In this document: one piece after another, positions 11,941-55,232 of the stretch
How positions within the stretch are numbered: position 1 is the stretch's first letter
Layout of the letters: every line of letters begins with the position of its first letter
Assembly (NCBI GenBank): GCA_002269645.1
Contig: NIVC01000475.1
Location: forward strand, 1-64,000
Length of the DNA stretch: 64,000 bases
DNA from: Macrostomum lignano
Lineage: Eukaryota
Reading direction: 5' to 3'
Notes under the pieces: generated by a model
The model's input: only the letters and a program-made list of their open reading frames with translations
What the model was told of the DNA's origin: nothing
Databases searched by the model: none
Made by a program: the position numbers and the translations under genes

Positions 11941-14581
11941 GAGGCCTGGAGTTTAGCGCCTCCTTGTGGCTGCTCGGCGCAGGCTCATGCCCGCCAGAGC
12001 GAAGTGTCGCTATCGATCTCCGAAGGTGTAAACGGCTCTTTAACTTGTGGTGTCATTTGCTACAACTCAAGGCGGCTGTTGAGAAGCATGGCTCTTGAAT
12101 TCCTGATGCGGTGGAAAGAGCCATCGGTTTGCCTGAGGCTTTCGGCCATAGACTCGGCTGGCGTTGGAGTTGGTGCTAATAATAGATGCAAGAATTATAT
12201 CGCTCGTAGCTTGCAGCTAGCAAAAACAACACAGCAACACAACATCGCTGGATTTTTTAGGTCGACTCAAACATCTTTTAATTACGTAAACTTGAAAAAT
12301 TTAACTTCGATAAACTTTTATATTGTGAAAACAGGTGGGACCAAATTCAAACAGAATTCATACTGTTGTGCCGGCGTGCACTTGCACTGTTGAGCGATCT
12401 ATTCAGCTCTCAGTGCGGGTGCACCCGCCATTGCACCTTTCCCACATGCCCGCCACCCTCCGCTTTGTCTAAAGATTCAGAAGTTTACTCGGTTGCTAAA
12501 GTTTAAGAAGTTTACGCGTACCGGCCCACCCCCTTTTGTGTGTGATTGGCTGAGCTGCCCGCTGAGCTCCCCCATTACTAAGTTGTGATTTGTTCCTTGT
12601 GTATGCGCTCGTGCCGGCCAATCGGCGGCCGAGAAATGGCTGTGGGTCTAAACCCCAAGCCTAGAGGTTTGGGGTGGGGGTTGTGCGTGCTAAATATAAA
12701 TGTGTTGGAGTAGAGCGAGGGAGAGGGCTCCTGTTGAACCTGACTTGACAAGTCAACTCTTAAGTACGCAATACTAACTCTAGCAAACTCTCGGCCGCTC
12801 TGTCTCACTCCTCTGAGAAGTAAACTGCCAGTCTGCGAAGAAATTACAGCGAGTTACCTCCGCTTAAATTTCTTGGGCAAATTGCCTACGGGAGCTTTCG
12901 AGTTGTGGGTTTCAGGGACGGACCGGCTCAGTGTGTCGACGCGATCTCACGCTCAGCTATTGCAGTCAGTCCGGCCAGCGGGATGAAGGGATTCTGTGAC
13001 ACACTAGATCTGGCCTAGACTCAACAATACAACGCCCTTTGAAAAAAATTAATAGTGTTAGAGAATCGCCGAGTTCAGTGCTAAAACAGTAGCACTGGCA
13101 ACTACGTGTGTTATTCTTTATTTTAAATTGAACTTTTAAACACAAATGGGCCTGTTAACCCAAAGCAAGGCTCCGGACTGAACCGACCTTGAATCTAGAA
13201 TATTACCTCGAAACATTTTGCTAGAAACACCGAGACGTCTCATCCAGGTCTCCTGAGTAGGTCAAACTAGGGCTCTAAAAGAAAACTGCAATTCACAAAT
13301 TGATGTGTATTTGAGTGAACTATTAAGAGCGATTTGAGTTCATCATTTCAACAAAATATACAAATACTTTTAGTTTGCAGTATAAAGATTGTGAGCAAAC
13401 ATGCTCGCATATAAACCTTATGCCTGTTTACTTACAGAAAGAATCATAATGGATTGTAGTTTCTTTGAACTCCCATCGTTTGGGTCGTTCTTAAGTTGTC
13501 CTTGGGCGAATATTGGCATCCTAAGCTGGAAGTGCTACCAAGTTGATCAAGTTGACTTTCCATTTTGCATTGCAGTAAAATCTCCGTGGGTTGTCTTTCC
13601 TGCTCGCCGTGAAAGCTTGTAGAATCCTACGGCTTTATTGAACAAAAAAACACAAATCGACGTTCATCTTCCTCTACCTCTAGCCTCGCCTGGTACCTGC
13701 AAACCGGGAAAATTCTGAACGTGTTTACTCAGCCGCGAACACCGGTTTTCCAAGCAGAAAATGTTGGAAATCGATAGCAGCTCAATAGCTAGGCTAAAAA
13801 TTCTGCTCCATTGTCTTGCGCGCTTCTTTTATTTCTGCTCGCCAGCTGCGCTTTCATTCAGGCTCGCTTCCTGAAGCGGGTCTAGAGATGGATGCAGGAT
13901 GCGTATAGCTGCATGGGGGACAGAATGGTTGCATATCTGCCCTGTACTAGCTATAAATGCGTGCTTGTATTGTGGCGAGACATTTAGCTAGAGAGGTGCC
14001 GCAGACAAATACCCGTTAGTGACCAGTGCAGCCTCTGTCGCCCTCGCACTTGACAGTAAACAACATTGCCATTAAACTCTGCATGAGGGCAAAGCGCCTA
14101 AGCTGGCTAAAGTCAATTACGTATGACAGAATGACAGAAGACCCAAACACCCACAGGGGCTTTAGATTTAAATCGAAGATAGTCATCCAGTGAATCATAA
14201 ATACGGCTCAACACACGGCTCTGTCTGTGACCATGCATAGATATTGTAGATAGTCTGCTTCCCACTGAGAAATCGATGCATCTTCAAAAATAGACTTTTC
14301 CATGCAAGCGACAAGTTTGCCGTCGGCTCTTTAACTCTCTCCCACGGCTGGAGCAGATGCAGAAGGAAACGAGCAAAGCCTATTGTTCCCGCATCCCGTG
14401 GGAAAAATAAAGATAATGGATGGGAAGGAAGTCAAGAGCGGCAGGTCTCGGCCTGTCTCACTCATCCCAGAGGGGCCCGCGTCTCTGCCTATTCTTAATC
14501 CAAGCTCTGCCAGCCCCGCCTCCTCCCAGTTTCCAGAATTGCAGCCGCTCCCACTGCTTTTTTGCTTTCCATGTAGTTCCA

Positions 14582-14595
14582 GTTGCCATGGCTAC
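14582..14595 (+). promoter_or_regulatory. X-box (RFX-type) motif GTTGCCATGGCTAC
   Basis: One mismatch to the RFX palindrome GTTGCCATGGCAAC; ~570 bp upstream of ATG 15150. Confidence 0.45.
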
Positions 14596-15001
14596 CAGCC
14601 TCTGTTGTTTTCCTCTTTTTCTGTCCCCCCACCACCTCCTTCTGTCCCACTGCTCTGCCGGAGGTTGGGAGAGGAGCGAGAGAGGGGAAGCCTGGACAAA
14701 AGCGGGCGGGGGGTTTGACGACAGTATGGACGGCGAGCCCAGCCTTCTCCCCTTTGCTTCCCGTGTTCCCACTTCCCGCAGCAAACACGGGATTCCTATC
14801 CCCAAATTTTTAGCAAAGATTCCTAATCCTCTCCCCCTGCCACCCCGTTCCATTCTCTGCCCCAGTCTCCAATCCCCAGACTGGGCGAATCTCTGTCTTG
14901 CGATGTGAGCTCGGGCAACAATGCAGCAGCAGCAGCAATTGGCAAAACTGGATGTGGGACGGCGTCCTCACCTGCTCTCCCCCCAAACCCAACTCACCTG
15001 C

Positions 15002-15008
15002 TATAAAA
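15002..15008 (+). promoter_or_regulatory. Putative TATA box (TATAAAA) of the large secreted-protein gene
   Basis: ~150 bp upstream of the signal-peptide ATG, at the end of a C-rich promoter-like stretch. Confidence 0.45.
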
Positions 15009-15149
15009 CTCTCGATCGATCCTCGGTTTAATCCCCTCTCCGCTTCTCTCCGCCGTCTCAAAGTAACTTTCGAACTCAACAGTTCAGCAGTTCTTCGTCC
15101 CTATCCTCTCAGCAGCCTTCGAGACTAACTGCAGAGAACTTCGAGCTAA

Positions 15150-35083
<19,934 letters not shown>

Positions 35084-35771
35084 TCCGCGGCATTCGAAAG
35101 GATTTCACGAAGCAAGGGGGAAAAACTCTCGTGTTGAAACATTGAACCAAAAGTCAGTGTTATAATCGATGTTAAACTTCATGGGTGTCCAATATTTTTC
35201 AATATTTTATTCATCTTTGCGCCTATCTGTCTTTGTCAGACAAAACGATTTTTTTTGCTATTTTTCTCAAAAAGCAGTTTTCTCCTATCAAAAAAAATTT
35301 CTGCCAAATCCCCCATACTTGTACACCTGCTCCAACCGTCCTGTAGTGCAAGGGTCTTTGTTCACGTCTTTGTCCTAAGAGCACTGGAAACAAACTGAAA
35401 ACTAGCAATTTGTATGCAATATTTGCAGCGACTGACACGTGAATGAAGATACTGTAGTGTCTGCAATCTTTTTTTAATCAAGTAAAACAAATAATTATGA
35501 AAACCGTTTAAACTACCCAAACATCGCAAATATAAAACGCCAACCGACTTCTAATCTACTGCCTTGTTCAAGCAGCCATATCTGTTTCCGGAGTGAGTTT
35601 TTCTCGCTTTCTTTAATCCTCGTCGTGCGATGGTTTCCCGAGATTAACGACGCCGGCTTGTTGGCGGATTAGCAGGCCGAATGTCGCAGGCCAGGCGACT
35701 CTCAGCTTTTCAGCGCTGAAATCCGGGACCCCCCCCTCCACCCGCCACCGAGCTCTGGAGCTCGCGAGCAG

Positions 35772-35776
35772 CCAAT
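35772..35776 (+). promoter_or_regulatory. CCAAT box (AGCCAATC) upstream of the mGluR ATG
   Basis: NF-Y-type context, 160 bp upstream of ATG 35932. Confidence 0.35.
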
Positions 35777-35931
35777 CCCGGCTCCTCATCCAGCCTCGAA
35801 AAACGACTTGGCAACAGTCTTCTCGAGTTTCTCGAGCTCGAACCCTACCACCCCCCTCTCAGCAACCAGGACTTAAAAATCAGCATCTTGCAACAGAGTC
35901 GATCTCTGATTGAGCCAGGAACTGAGCAACC

Positions 35932-46914
<10,983 letters not shown>

Positions 46915-47669
46915 TCAGCAAACTGCACTTATTGGTACATTTCAATAGCTTATAACTAATCATGCAGTTATCAGATATTTTCATTCCACTCGGTGTCCAA
47001 AAGCTTTTCCAATAGATATGCGCTTTACGAGAATGAAAAAATTAAAAAATTAAAAAATTCACCGCGAAGTTTTCCGCGAAATTGATGCAGTCTAACGTAT
47101 AGTCCTATTGGGACGCCAATAATTTCCGGTTTGAGGAAACGAAACTTTCTAAGAAATGTCTTATTTTCAATTCTGACAACTGCTTTCTGATCATTTTACT
47201 TTTAGTAGTAAAACAAACGTGTTTTAATATAAATTTTTGACAATTTTAATTAATCAGCGCTAATTTCGGAAAGTAGAAAACCAGCTGGCTGTGCACAATA
47301 TTTTTTAAATTTTTTACATATGTGACATAATGACATGAAGAAGTAATGCTATTCTTATGAAACAACAAAATAGAAAAAGTAATGCAAATTATTACGATTG
47401 TTAGTCAAGGAAGCGGTTTAAGAGCAGGAAAGTTACATTAGGAGAGCTTTTTGAGTTTGAACTTTAAAAGTCGAATTGTTCCAGATTTCATTTGAAATAA
47501 ATAATTTATTATAGGAATCAGGCCTTTAAGATTACAGCTCTTTTGATTTTCTTTTGATCTCTCTATAAAAAATAATTCAGAAAAAAAATGAATACTTTTT
47601 TAGTCTAACTAACACGAGAACTACCAAGGGAGAACTCCCCCTTGATAAAGCTTGATAATGCTTTGCTGT

Positions 47670-48331
47670 GCACCTTCTCAAACAAGAATCAAGTCGCCAG
47701 CCCTCCGGACCGTCGAGATATTCAACGATACTGCCAGAAGGTCGGATATTTCCCATAAGAGCCAGTGTACGAGTATTCAGTACACCTTGAGTGCAGTCTT
47801 GCCAAGCCTCAAAATTTCTACATGTGCCTGCACCAGCTCTGACTTCGTTGGTCACTGGCCTTCACCCACGCGGAGCTTCTGGACCTTCAAAAGGAGGCAC
47901 CAGGTGACTATGGACACCCTGATGCGAATTTCTCGAGTATCGTTGATCAAGCCTCGACAATGGGCAAATCACAACTGCTGGACATCCTCAGCTGGTCTCT
48001 CAAGCATTCGTTATAACCCCGACGCCGTCGGCACCTTCAAAAGATGGCACCAGGTGACTATGGAGATCCTGATGCAACTCTGTCAGATTTTTTATTAAGC
48101 TTCAATAATGGGGCAAAACTCAACTGCCAGGTCTCTGAAGCCACCTGTTGAAGGTCCAGAAGCTCCGCCTGGGTGAAAGCCAGTGACCAACGAAGTCAGA
48201 GCTGACGCGCAGTGCTGATTGGCACACAGGAGTGTACTGAATACGCTGGCGCTTATGGGACATATCCGACCTTCCGGCAGAATCTCGACGGTCCGGAGGG
48301 CTGGCGACTTGATTCTTGTTTGAGAAGGTGC
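47670..48331. repeat. Imperfect inverted repeat (fold-back): arms ~47670-47898 and ~48141-48331
   Basis: GCACCTTCTCAAACAAGAATCAAGTCGCCAGCCCTCCGGACCGTCGAGAT is reverse-complemented at 48281-48331. Similarity continues to ...GGAGCTTCTGGACCTTCAA. Confidence 0.9.
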
Positions 48332-48845
48332 GCAAAAAATTTAGCCCGTGTTCTTGAATTTCGTGTGCCTGCGTACAGACGTACAAATTTAAACAAATGA
48401 TAAATTAATGATTTATACTAAAAAACTAATTTAGTCTAACTTGTAATTGATAATACTATATTGAGATATTAAGACTAATATTAAAAAACAAAAACTATAT
48501 AAACTAACTAACTAATTAATATATAAAATAACTAAAACTCCAGTTAGGTACGATCAAGAATATAAATTCAAACAAATTAGTTATTTGTTTTGAGTAACAA
48601 AAGTCTTCATCAAAATATGGTTTATCAATTGGAAGATATGCTAAGATCCAAAAACCCAGGCGCAATCTACAACAAAACATTTTTTCTATGCCACAAAAAA
48701 TCAACCATCACGGAAAATATAAAAATGCAAATAATTATAAGACGTTTGGAGGCCGACAAGGTTTCTTTCTACTCACACGCTTCATTGGCCAGCTGATGGA
48801 AATGCAGTCGCTGCAGTTGACCCGTCTCTCTAGCGTCAAGTAAAG

Positions 48846-51800
48846 TCACTTTAAAGGCCTCTTCAAAGAACGCCCGACTCCTGCAACTTAAATACTCGCA
48901 AATTGAAAAAATTGATTGATTTACTGAATTGAATTTTAGAAAGTGTCAAATATTTGCGTCCTCACCCAGATTTGGTGGGAAAGACTGTCGGCAAAAAATG
49001 ATGTCAAGCAATTTGCTTTGAAATCCGTTGCTATGGACACTAACCTCAGCCTTCAGTCGGTCATTGGTAGTTGCGTGCCGGACGTCGGGTGACTTCACGA
49101 GTAAAATGTGCTGGAGGAACAGCAGTTGGAAGCATCGAAAGTATGATTAAAGCACAGAATTTATGCAGACTCCCAAACCTTATTCAAACTGACCGTACCT
49201 TCCTCAGTTCGTGCACATCGCTAACCAAGACAACGCGCTCTCTTTTGATATCGTTGAAGCACGAGAAGTGGACTTTTACTTGACCTTTTTGAATTCCTAA
49301 AAAGTTTAAAATATTTTACCTGCAATTTTAAGTCAATTTTGAGAGTGCCTGGCCTAAAACAAATAGCGACGTTCGATCGTTTCGTAGAATAGATTATTCT
49401 CGTAAAAATACGCTCGTTGAGTCTAAAAAATTTGGAACTTAAAAAAGTGCTACCATTCCTACTAAAACTTTCCAAGAAACTAACTGCCCCGTCCGTCTAC
49501 TACTAGTGGTCCTTGATCAGACCTGCGGTGGAGGCCTTAGTGTGGATGGCGATCGTGCAGCCGCCATCCATTGGCGCTTCCGCCGGATTCAACGCGATGA
49601 CGTCAATGTTCTTCTTTTCCTCTAAAACACACATTTGTGGAATCATTCTGTACATGAACAGAACAACATGAGTCGATCAGAGTATCACAGAAACTCACTG
49701 TCACTGACGATCTTGTCACTAAACACTGTGCTAAGCAGCCATTCTCGATAGAAAATATCGCAATAGGTGAGCGAGAATGCGAGACGAATCTGAGCCAAGT
49801 TGGTCTGGGTGTACTTAGCTGACGGCCCTGTAGGACAATCACTGGGGGTCGGCACATCCCTGAGTCTGGCTTCCATGGCTTTCTCCATGCTCGCTTTGTT
49901 CTTCTTTGGCACACAGATCACGGACAGCCTGTCGAAGCTGAAAAATTCAAGTGCGTGGGAAACTTCGAGCATGCCTGCAAATCACTATAAGCAACCCTGT
50001 ACAACTAAACTGGATGACTCTTCCTAGGAAGCCTCAATGTTCAATTCGCTTCACTCCTCAGAAACAAAGCGAGGAGCGTAGCGAACATAGAGGCATCCTT
50101 GACTCTTTGCAAATAGTTTCTTCACTCTAATAGATAAACAACATTTCATTTTAAGTAGAGGCGGGTTGACAGTCTTCTTCTATATAACTAAATCTGAAAA
50201 GTTTCTATATATATATACAGTGTATATGTACATAATCCATTTTAAAGGAATTTATCCAACCGATTTTTTTCAAACTTGCACCATTCGATCAGAAATTCTT
50301 GCGAATCGGTACAGTTCTCTTGGCTAAGAGATTGCTTTATTTTAAAGGGATTCAATATTCGAAAAACTGTATTTTCCCTATCTAATTAGTGTATTTTTCT
50401 CGCAGTGAGAGCTCAATACGTCTACAGCCATAGTCTAAACTTCAATTCTTGAGCTGATACAATGAGTTATAAATAGTTATACCTAGCTTGTTAAATTTTA
50501 CAATTTATTATGAATATCTTCGTCTTCAACTTGTTTGAAACCTGAACTGATTGTCTGAATTAAAGCCGGGTGTTACAAAATGTGCATAATCACTTGAACA
50601 GAAATGCCTTGACAACATTGCGCTACGTTTAAAAGGGAATTGCTGAGATGTCAAGGCTTAAGAGGGAATTGCTGAGATGTCAAGGTCTAATGGGAATTGC
50701 TGAAATGTCAAGGCTTAGTGGGGAAATTCCAGAGATGTAAAGTTCTGGGGTGAATGGCTAAGATTTCAAGGCTTGCTGGGGTATAATTGCTTAGAAGTCA
50801 AGGCTTATTGTGGGAATTTTTGAGATATCCATTCTCACTGGGCGGAATTGCTGAGATATCAAGGCTCACCGGGGGGAATTGCTGAGATATCAAGGCTCAC
50901 CGGGGGGAATTGCTGAGATATCAAGGCTCACTATTGGTGGATAATCATTGGTGGAATTGCTGCGATATATAACTGTCTAATGGGTGCTGTTGTAAACTGT
51001 CTAACGAATGCTGTTGTAACTGTCTAACGGGTGCTGTTGTAACTGTCTAACGGGTGCTGTTGTAACTGTCTAACGGGTGCTGTTGTAACTGTCTAACGGG
51101 TGCTGTTGTAACTGTCTAACGGGTGTTGTTGTAACTGTCTAACGGGTGCTGTTGTAACTGTCTAACGGGTGCTGTTGTAACTGTCTAACGGGTGCTGTTG
51201 TAACTGTCTAACGGGTGCTGTTGTAACTGTCTAACGGGTGCTGTTGTAACTGTCTAACGGGTGCTGTTGTAACTGTCTAACGGGTGCTGTTGTAACTGTC
51301 TAACGGGTGCTGTTGTAACTGTCTAACGGGTGCTGTTGTAACTGTCTAACGGGTGCTGTTGTAACTGTCTAACGGGTGCTGTTGTAACTGTCTAACGGGT
51401 GCTGTTGTAAACTGTCTAACGGGTGCTGTTGTAACTGTCTAACGGGTGCTGTTGTAAACTGTCTAACGGGTGCTGTTGTAAACTGTCTAACGGGTGCTGT
51501 TGTAACTGTCTAACGGGTGCTGTTGTAACTGTCTAACGGGTGCTGTTGTAACTGTCTAACGGGTGCTGTTGTAACTGTCTAACGGGTGCTGTTGTAACTG
51601 TCTAACGGGTGCTGTTGTAACTGTCTAACGGGTGCTGTTGTAACTGTCTAACGGGTGCTGTTGTAAACTGTCTAACGGGTGCTGTTGTAACTGTCTAACG
51701 GGTGCTGTTGTAAACTGTCTAACGGGTGCTGTTGTAAACTGTCTAACGGGTGCTGTTGTAACTGTCTAACGGGTGCTGTTGTAACTGTCTAACGGGTGCT

Positions 51801-54366
51801 GTTGTAACTGTCTAACGGGTGCTGTTGTAACTGTCTAACGGGTGCTGTTGTAACTGTCTAACGGGTGCTGTTGTAAACTGTCTAACGGGTGCTGTTGTAA
51901 CTGTCTAACGGGTGCTGTTGTAAACTGTCTAACGGGTGCTGTTGTAAACTGTCACTGTCACTTTTGAAAAGAAAAGTGCTTGCTCGAAAAAATGTTTGGG
52001 ATACGCAAAGCAGGTCAGCCTGGTAATCTATATAACTAAATCTGAAAAGTTTCTGTTTGGATGTATGTAAATAATCCACTTAAAAAATTTAAATTTTTAT
52101 GTCCCGCAAAGCGGGTCTAATTGCTAGTATATACTAATGCTGATATTGCCAATGAAATGCTAATTCACGACCGTAGATAGGCGATAATTGACAACAAATT
52201 TCATCGTTTCCGACTCAGTATAAAAAATATTTTTCTCGACCGAGTTTGTCTATGGTAAAATCCTATTTCCCAAGCGTAAATGAAAAAAGCTGATCTTTGC
52301 GAAATCTGTTTGTTGTTAAATGGGGCTAGCAGCTAAAGCTTGGCGTGCTCTTGAAGAGGCTGGGTGTACCAACTGTTATTATTTTCACGGCTTGACTCAT
52401 CGTCAGTCCAGCTTGGTGTACTTGCGGGCGCAAAACTACCCCCCCCCTCAGACAGGGTCGACCGTGGGCTTCCAAGCTCAGCAAGATCAGCACGAACTCC
52501 CTAACACGTAATATACATGCGGGCAGCGAACATTTGATCTCACTCCAACGTGCTAAAGTGAGAGCCAGTCGACAAGCGGTAAACGCACTTCTAGGCTTAG
52601 GATCCCCAGAGGCATGATGCCTTTCCAGGCGGTCCATTTACCAGATAGGTTCATCTAGCTCATAGGCAGCTGATCTACCTAAATCAGCGGTCATCTACCT
52701 GAAAAACGGGCAGTTGAGTCTCTGGCAGGGACACACTAGAAACTTCAGGGCGAAAACTGTTCCTGTCCCTGAAATCAGTTCAGGGAGCACGATTTTGCAG
52801 TGGAAACCAGCCCTCCAGTGGCCCAGTCGCTCCTCGTGCCACTCACCAGATGTCCCAAACTGCTTTACCATCCAATGCATCAACAGACTTCTTCAGCTGG
52901 AAATATCCGTTGCTGCAGTGGTCTCCGTGCAGGTAGTACGGATGAGGAGCCTTCTCCTCGGCGCTCACGGTGCACACAGTCAGCTGCAGCTGCGAGTGCA
53001 CAGCTGGGTCGATGCCGCTGACGCGAACACTCACGAAGCTCTTGTTGCCATCGGTGGAGCTCCTGCCGAGCAGCAGGCCGCCAACTCTGCCGCTGTCCTT
53101 CTCGATCTCCGACTCGTAGCGAAATCGGTGATACAGAGCCGGCTGCTCCTCGATGGTCAGCGAAGGCGGCTGCAACTCAGCAATGTAGAGGTGCTCAGCA
53201 ATTCCAGTGTTGACGGGGGGTCCGAGAGGCCCGGAAAAGTTCGATTGATACTAGAAACGTTCATAGAGCAGTTGTTGTGGTTTTTCATGCACGCTTTGCT
53301 ATTTTCACATTTTAATTTTTTAGCTTTGTGAAATAATCCACTAATTATAATGCGCTCTGGATGAGGCTTCCATTCTTGAACCAGCTTCCACTACAGGTCT
53401 GCCTGCTTCCACTAAGTTAGAAATATATTGAATACTACTTCTTTTCTGCTCTTTTCTGTGAAAAAACGCAAATGTAAGGCCAGCAGCAATAACACTGCTT
53501 TTGCTGTACGAGATTCCTAACTGACGCTGTTTCTAAAAATAGCTCAGTGCAGTCCCTGTGTGTTCATTTTAAAGCGCTTTTTTGGCACGGCCAGGGAATT
53601 TCCGGGGATTTACTCTCTGCATATTACAAGGAACTTGCAGCTAACTAATGTTTTTAACTTAGATGTCTTTTGTCAACCTAAACCAAAATAAGTAAGTTTC
53701 ATTTCTGATTTCTTACCGGAAAATCAATTTGTATTCTCTTTAAGACTCAAGTTAAAACAATTTTTTTGCTTTGGACGTGCTTGGACTCAACCACAGGGAC
53801 ATCGGGGCGGTGACCAGGGCCCTCTCAGGCCCTGGCTCCTTTGACAGGCATCGTTATCTTCAGGGAATAGAGATCTGCCTCTCCGATGTCGAGAAGGCGA
53901 AGCAAGGGCTATCGGGCGAGCGACCATCCACCCTTCTGGACTCTCCAGAGGGGGGCCGCACTGCGGGCACCGGCACCACTGGATCTCCTGGCAATCACGC
54001 CGCAGCACCAGCTGTCTGTGATTGCCAGGAGCCAGCAGAATGGGCTGCAACGCCTTCTCGCTGTATCTGGACTCCCGGAGCCCCCGATGCCCGGAGCTAT
54101 GTCAAGTTACTTAAAGCTTTCAACTTTTAACTTTAAATGAATCGATTTCATTCTGTGATGTTTCTCACAAATTTAGTTAATAGCTTTCAACAGTTTACTG
54201 GAAATATTAATTTTTTTAGATTTACACAGAGCTACATAAGATTTACACCTGTAAAAAATTTAAAAACTTCATTAAAAAACGTCTTCAAAACCAGTTTTAA
54301 ATGAAAACTTTTGCAAAGAAATCAAAACGAATGAGAAGCAATACTTACGTTTATCCACTGGGCCAT
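48846..54366 (-). CDS. Rel-homology-domain (NF-kB-like) protein, copy A, ~345 aa
   Basis: Exons 54366-54349 (MAQWIN; the least certain), 53250-52847, 49937-49699, 49621-49523, 49296-49199, 49110-48966 and 48880-48846, with consistent phases (1038 nt). LTIEEQP..HRFRYESE, PHPYYLHGDHCSNG, FDRLSVICVPKK, IRLAFSL...VFSDKIVSD, IQKGQVKVHF, LLVKSPD and the basic tail LKRPLK*. Confidence 0.85.
50630..50960. repeat. Degenerate ~30 bp repeats GGGAATTGCTGAGATATCAAGGCTCACC
   Basis: About 9 copies seen. Confidence 0.85.
50970..51950. repeat. Minisatellite, 23 bp unit AACTGTCTAACGGGTGCTGTTGT
   Basis: Homogeneous array in the long intron of RHD copy A. Confidence 0.97.
52027..52127 (+). mobile_element. Minimal (101 bp) non-autonomous Helitron
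   Basis: 5' TC, subterminal hairpin CCCGC-AAA-GCGGG, 3' CTAG, inserted between A (52026) and T (52128), no TSD. Confidence 0.75.
53594..53613 (+). promoter_or_regulatory. Tandem kB-like sites GGGAATTTCC + GGGGATTTAC in an intron of RHD copy A
   Basis: First site is a perfect GGGRNWYYCC match; second has one mismatch. Confidence 0.45.
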
Positions 54367-54526
54367 TGATTATTTATCAAAGCAAACAACAAGGACTACT
54401 AGAATATAACGAAGTGGTCCTAGTGGTCCTTTACAAACAAATTTTCCTAAACTATCCGATTCACTAGTGTCCATCTCCATGCTAAAATATAATAATAAAA
54501 CGAATTTTAATCCGTGGTTGGACCAC

Positions 54527-54547
54527 GGTAAATCCCGGGGAATTCTC
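54527..54547 (-). promoter_or_regulatory. Second double kB-like motif (GAGAATTCCCCGGGATTTACC) upstream of the copy A start exon
   Basis: Near-identical to the 53594 motif, in the opposite orientation. Confidence 0.4.
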
Positions 54548-54565
54548 GTGAACAAAAGTTGTACG

Positions 54566-54572
<7 letters not shown>

Positions 54573-54637
<65 letters not shown>

Positions 54638-54638
54638 C
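54573..54638. repeat. (AG)n microsatellite
   Basis: Read directly. A shorter (AG)n lies at ~38352-38376. Confidence 0.97.
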
Positions 54639-55232
54639 AGGCAAAAAGCGGACACCCGATATGTACACCCGAAAAGTAGCTTCCTGACAGAAATAGCACT
54701 GTACAGTACAGTATACAGATACACTGATGCACAGATCAGGGGCTGTTTGTACAGATGAAGTTGTGCTTTGAACAGCGGGGAAAGAAAGAAAGCACGACAA
54801 GTAGTAGCTGGAAGCAAAACTTTTGGGTGAACCAAAACTTGCAGACGAATTTATTGTACGGTGGAGGAAAAAGTAAAAGAAAAAAACTGAGCAACAAACA
54901 AGAAGACATCTAGATAGGCTGACTCACGTACCCCACCAAAGCCAGCCACTTCAACCCCGCAGTTTAAACGCCTTTTCCACCAACACAGTGGCAATAGAAA
55001 CAATATATTTAGCTCATACTAAATTAGTATTTTATTAAGTACTAAATAAACTTCGCTTATTCAAAACCAAAATCCTATGCATCATTTTTTTCATAGACGC
55101 TTGTACATGTACGATCCATGTATAGAGGCTTTGAATATCAGACTTGAGTCATAATGTTCATAATCGAAGACTGTCTTGAATGAAAGTCAACGCTTATATT
55201 TAAGAGCTTGACGTGAGCTGCTTACGTCATCA

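Larger units (their letters stand above)
50179..52023 (+). mobile_element. Non-autonomous Helitron-like element (long copy) carrying internal tandem arrays
   Basis: 5' TCTATATAACTAAATCTGAAAAGTTTCT is shared with the short copy. Degenerate 3' end CGCAAAGCAGGTCAGC-CTGG|T. Confidence 0.5.

Noticed and set aside
11389-12393. Plus-strand ORFs starting with poly-Leu 'signal peptides'
   Set aside because: Antisense read-out of the CAG (poly-Q) tracts of the minus-strand gene.
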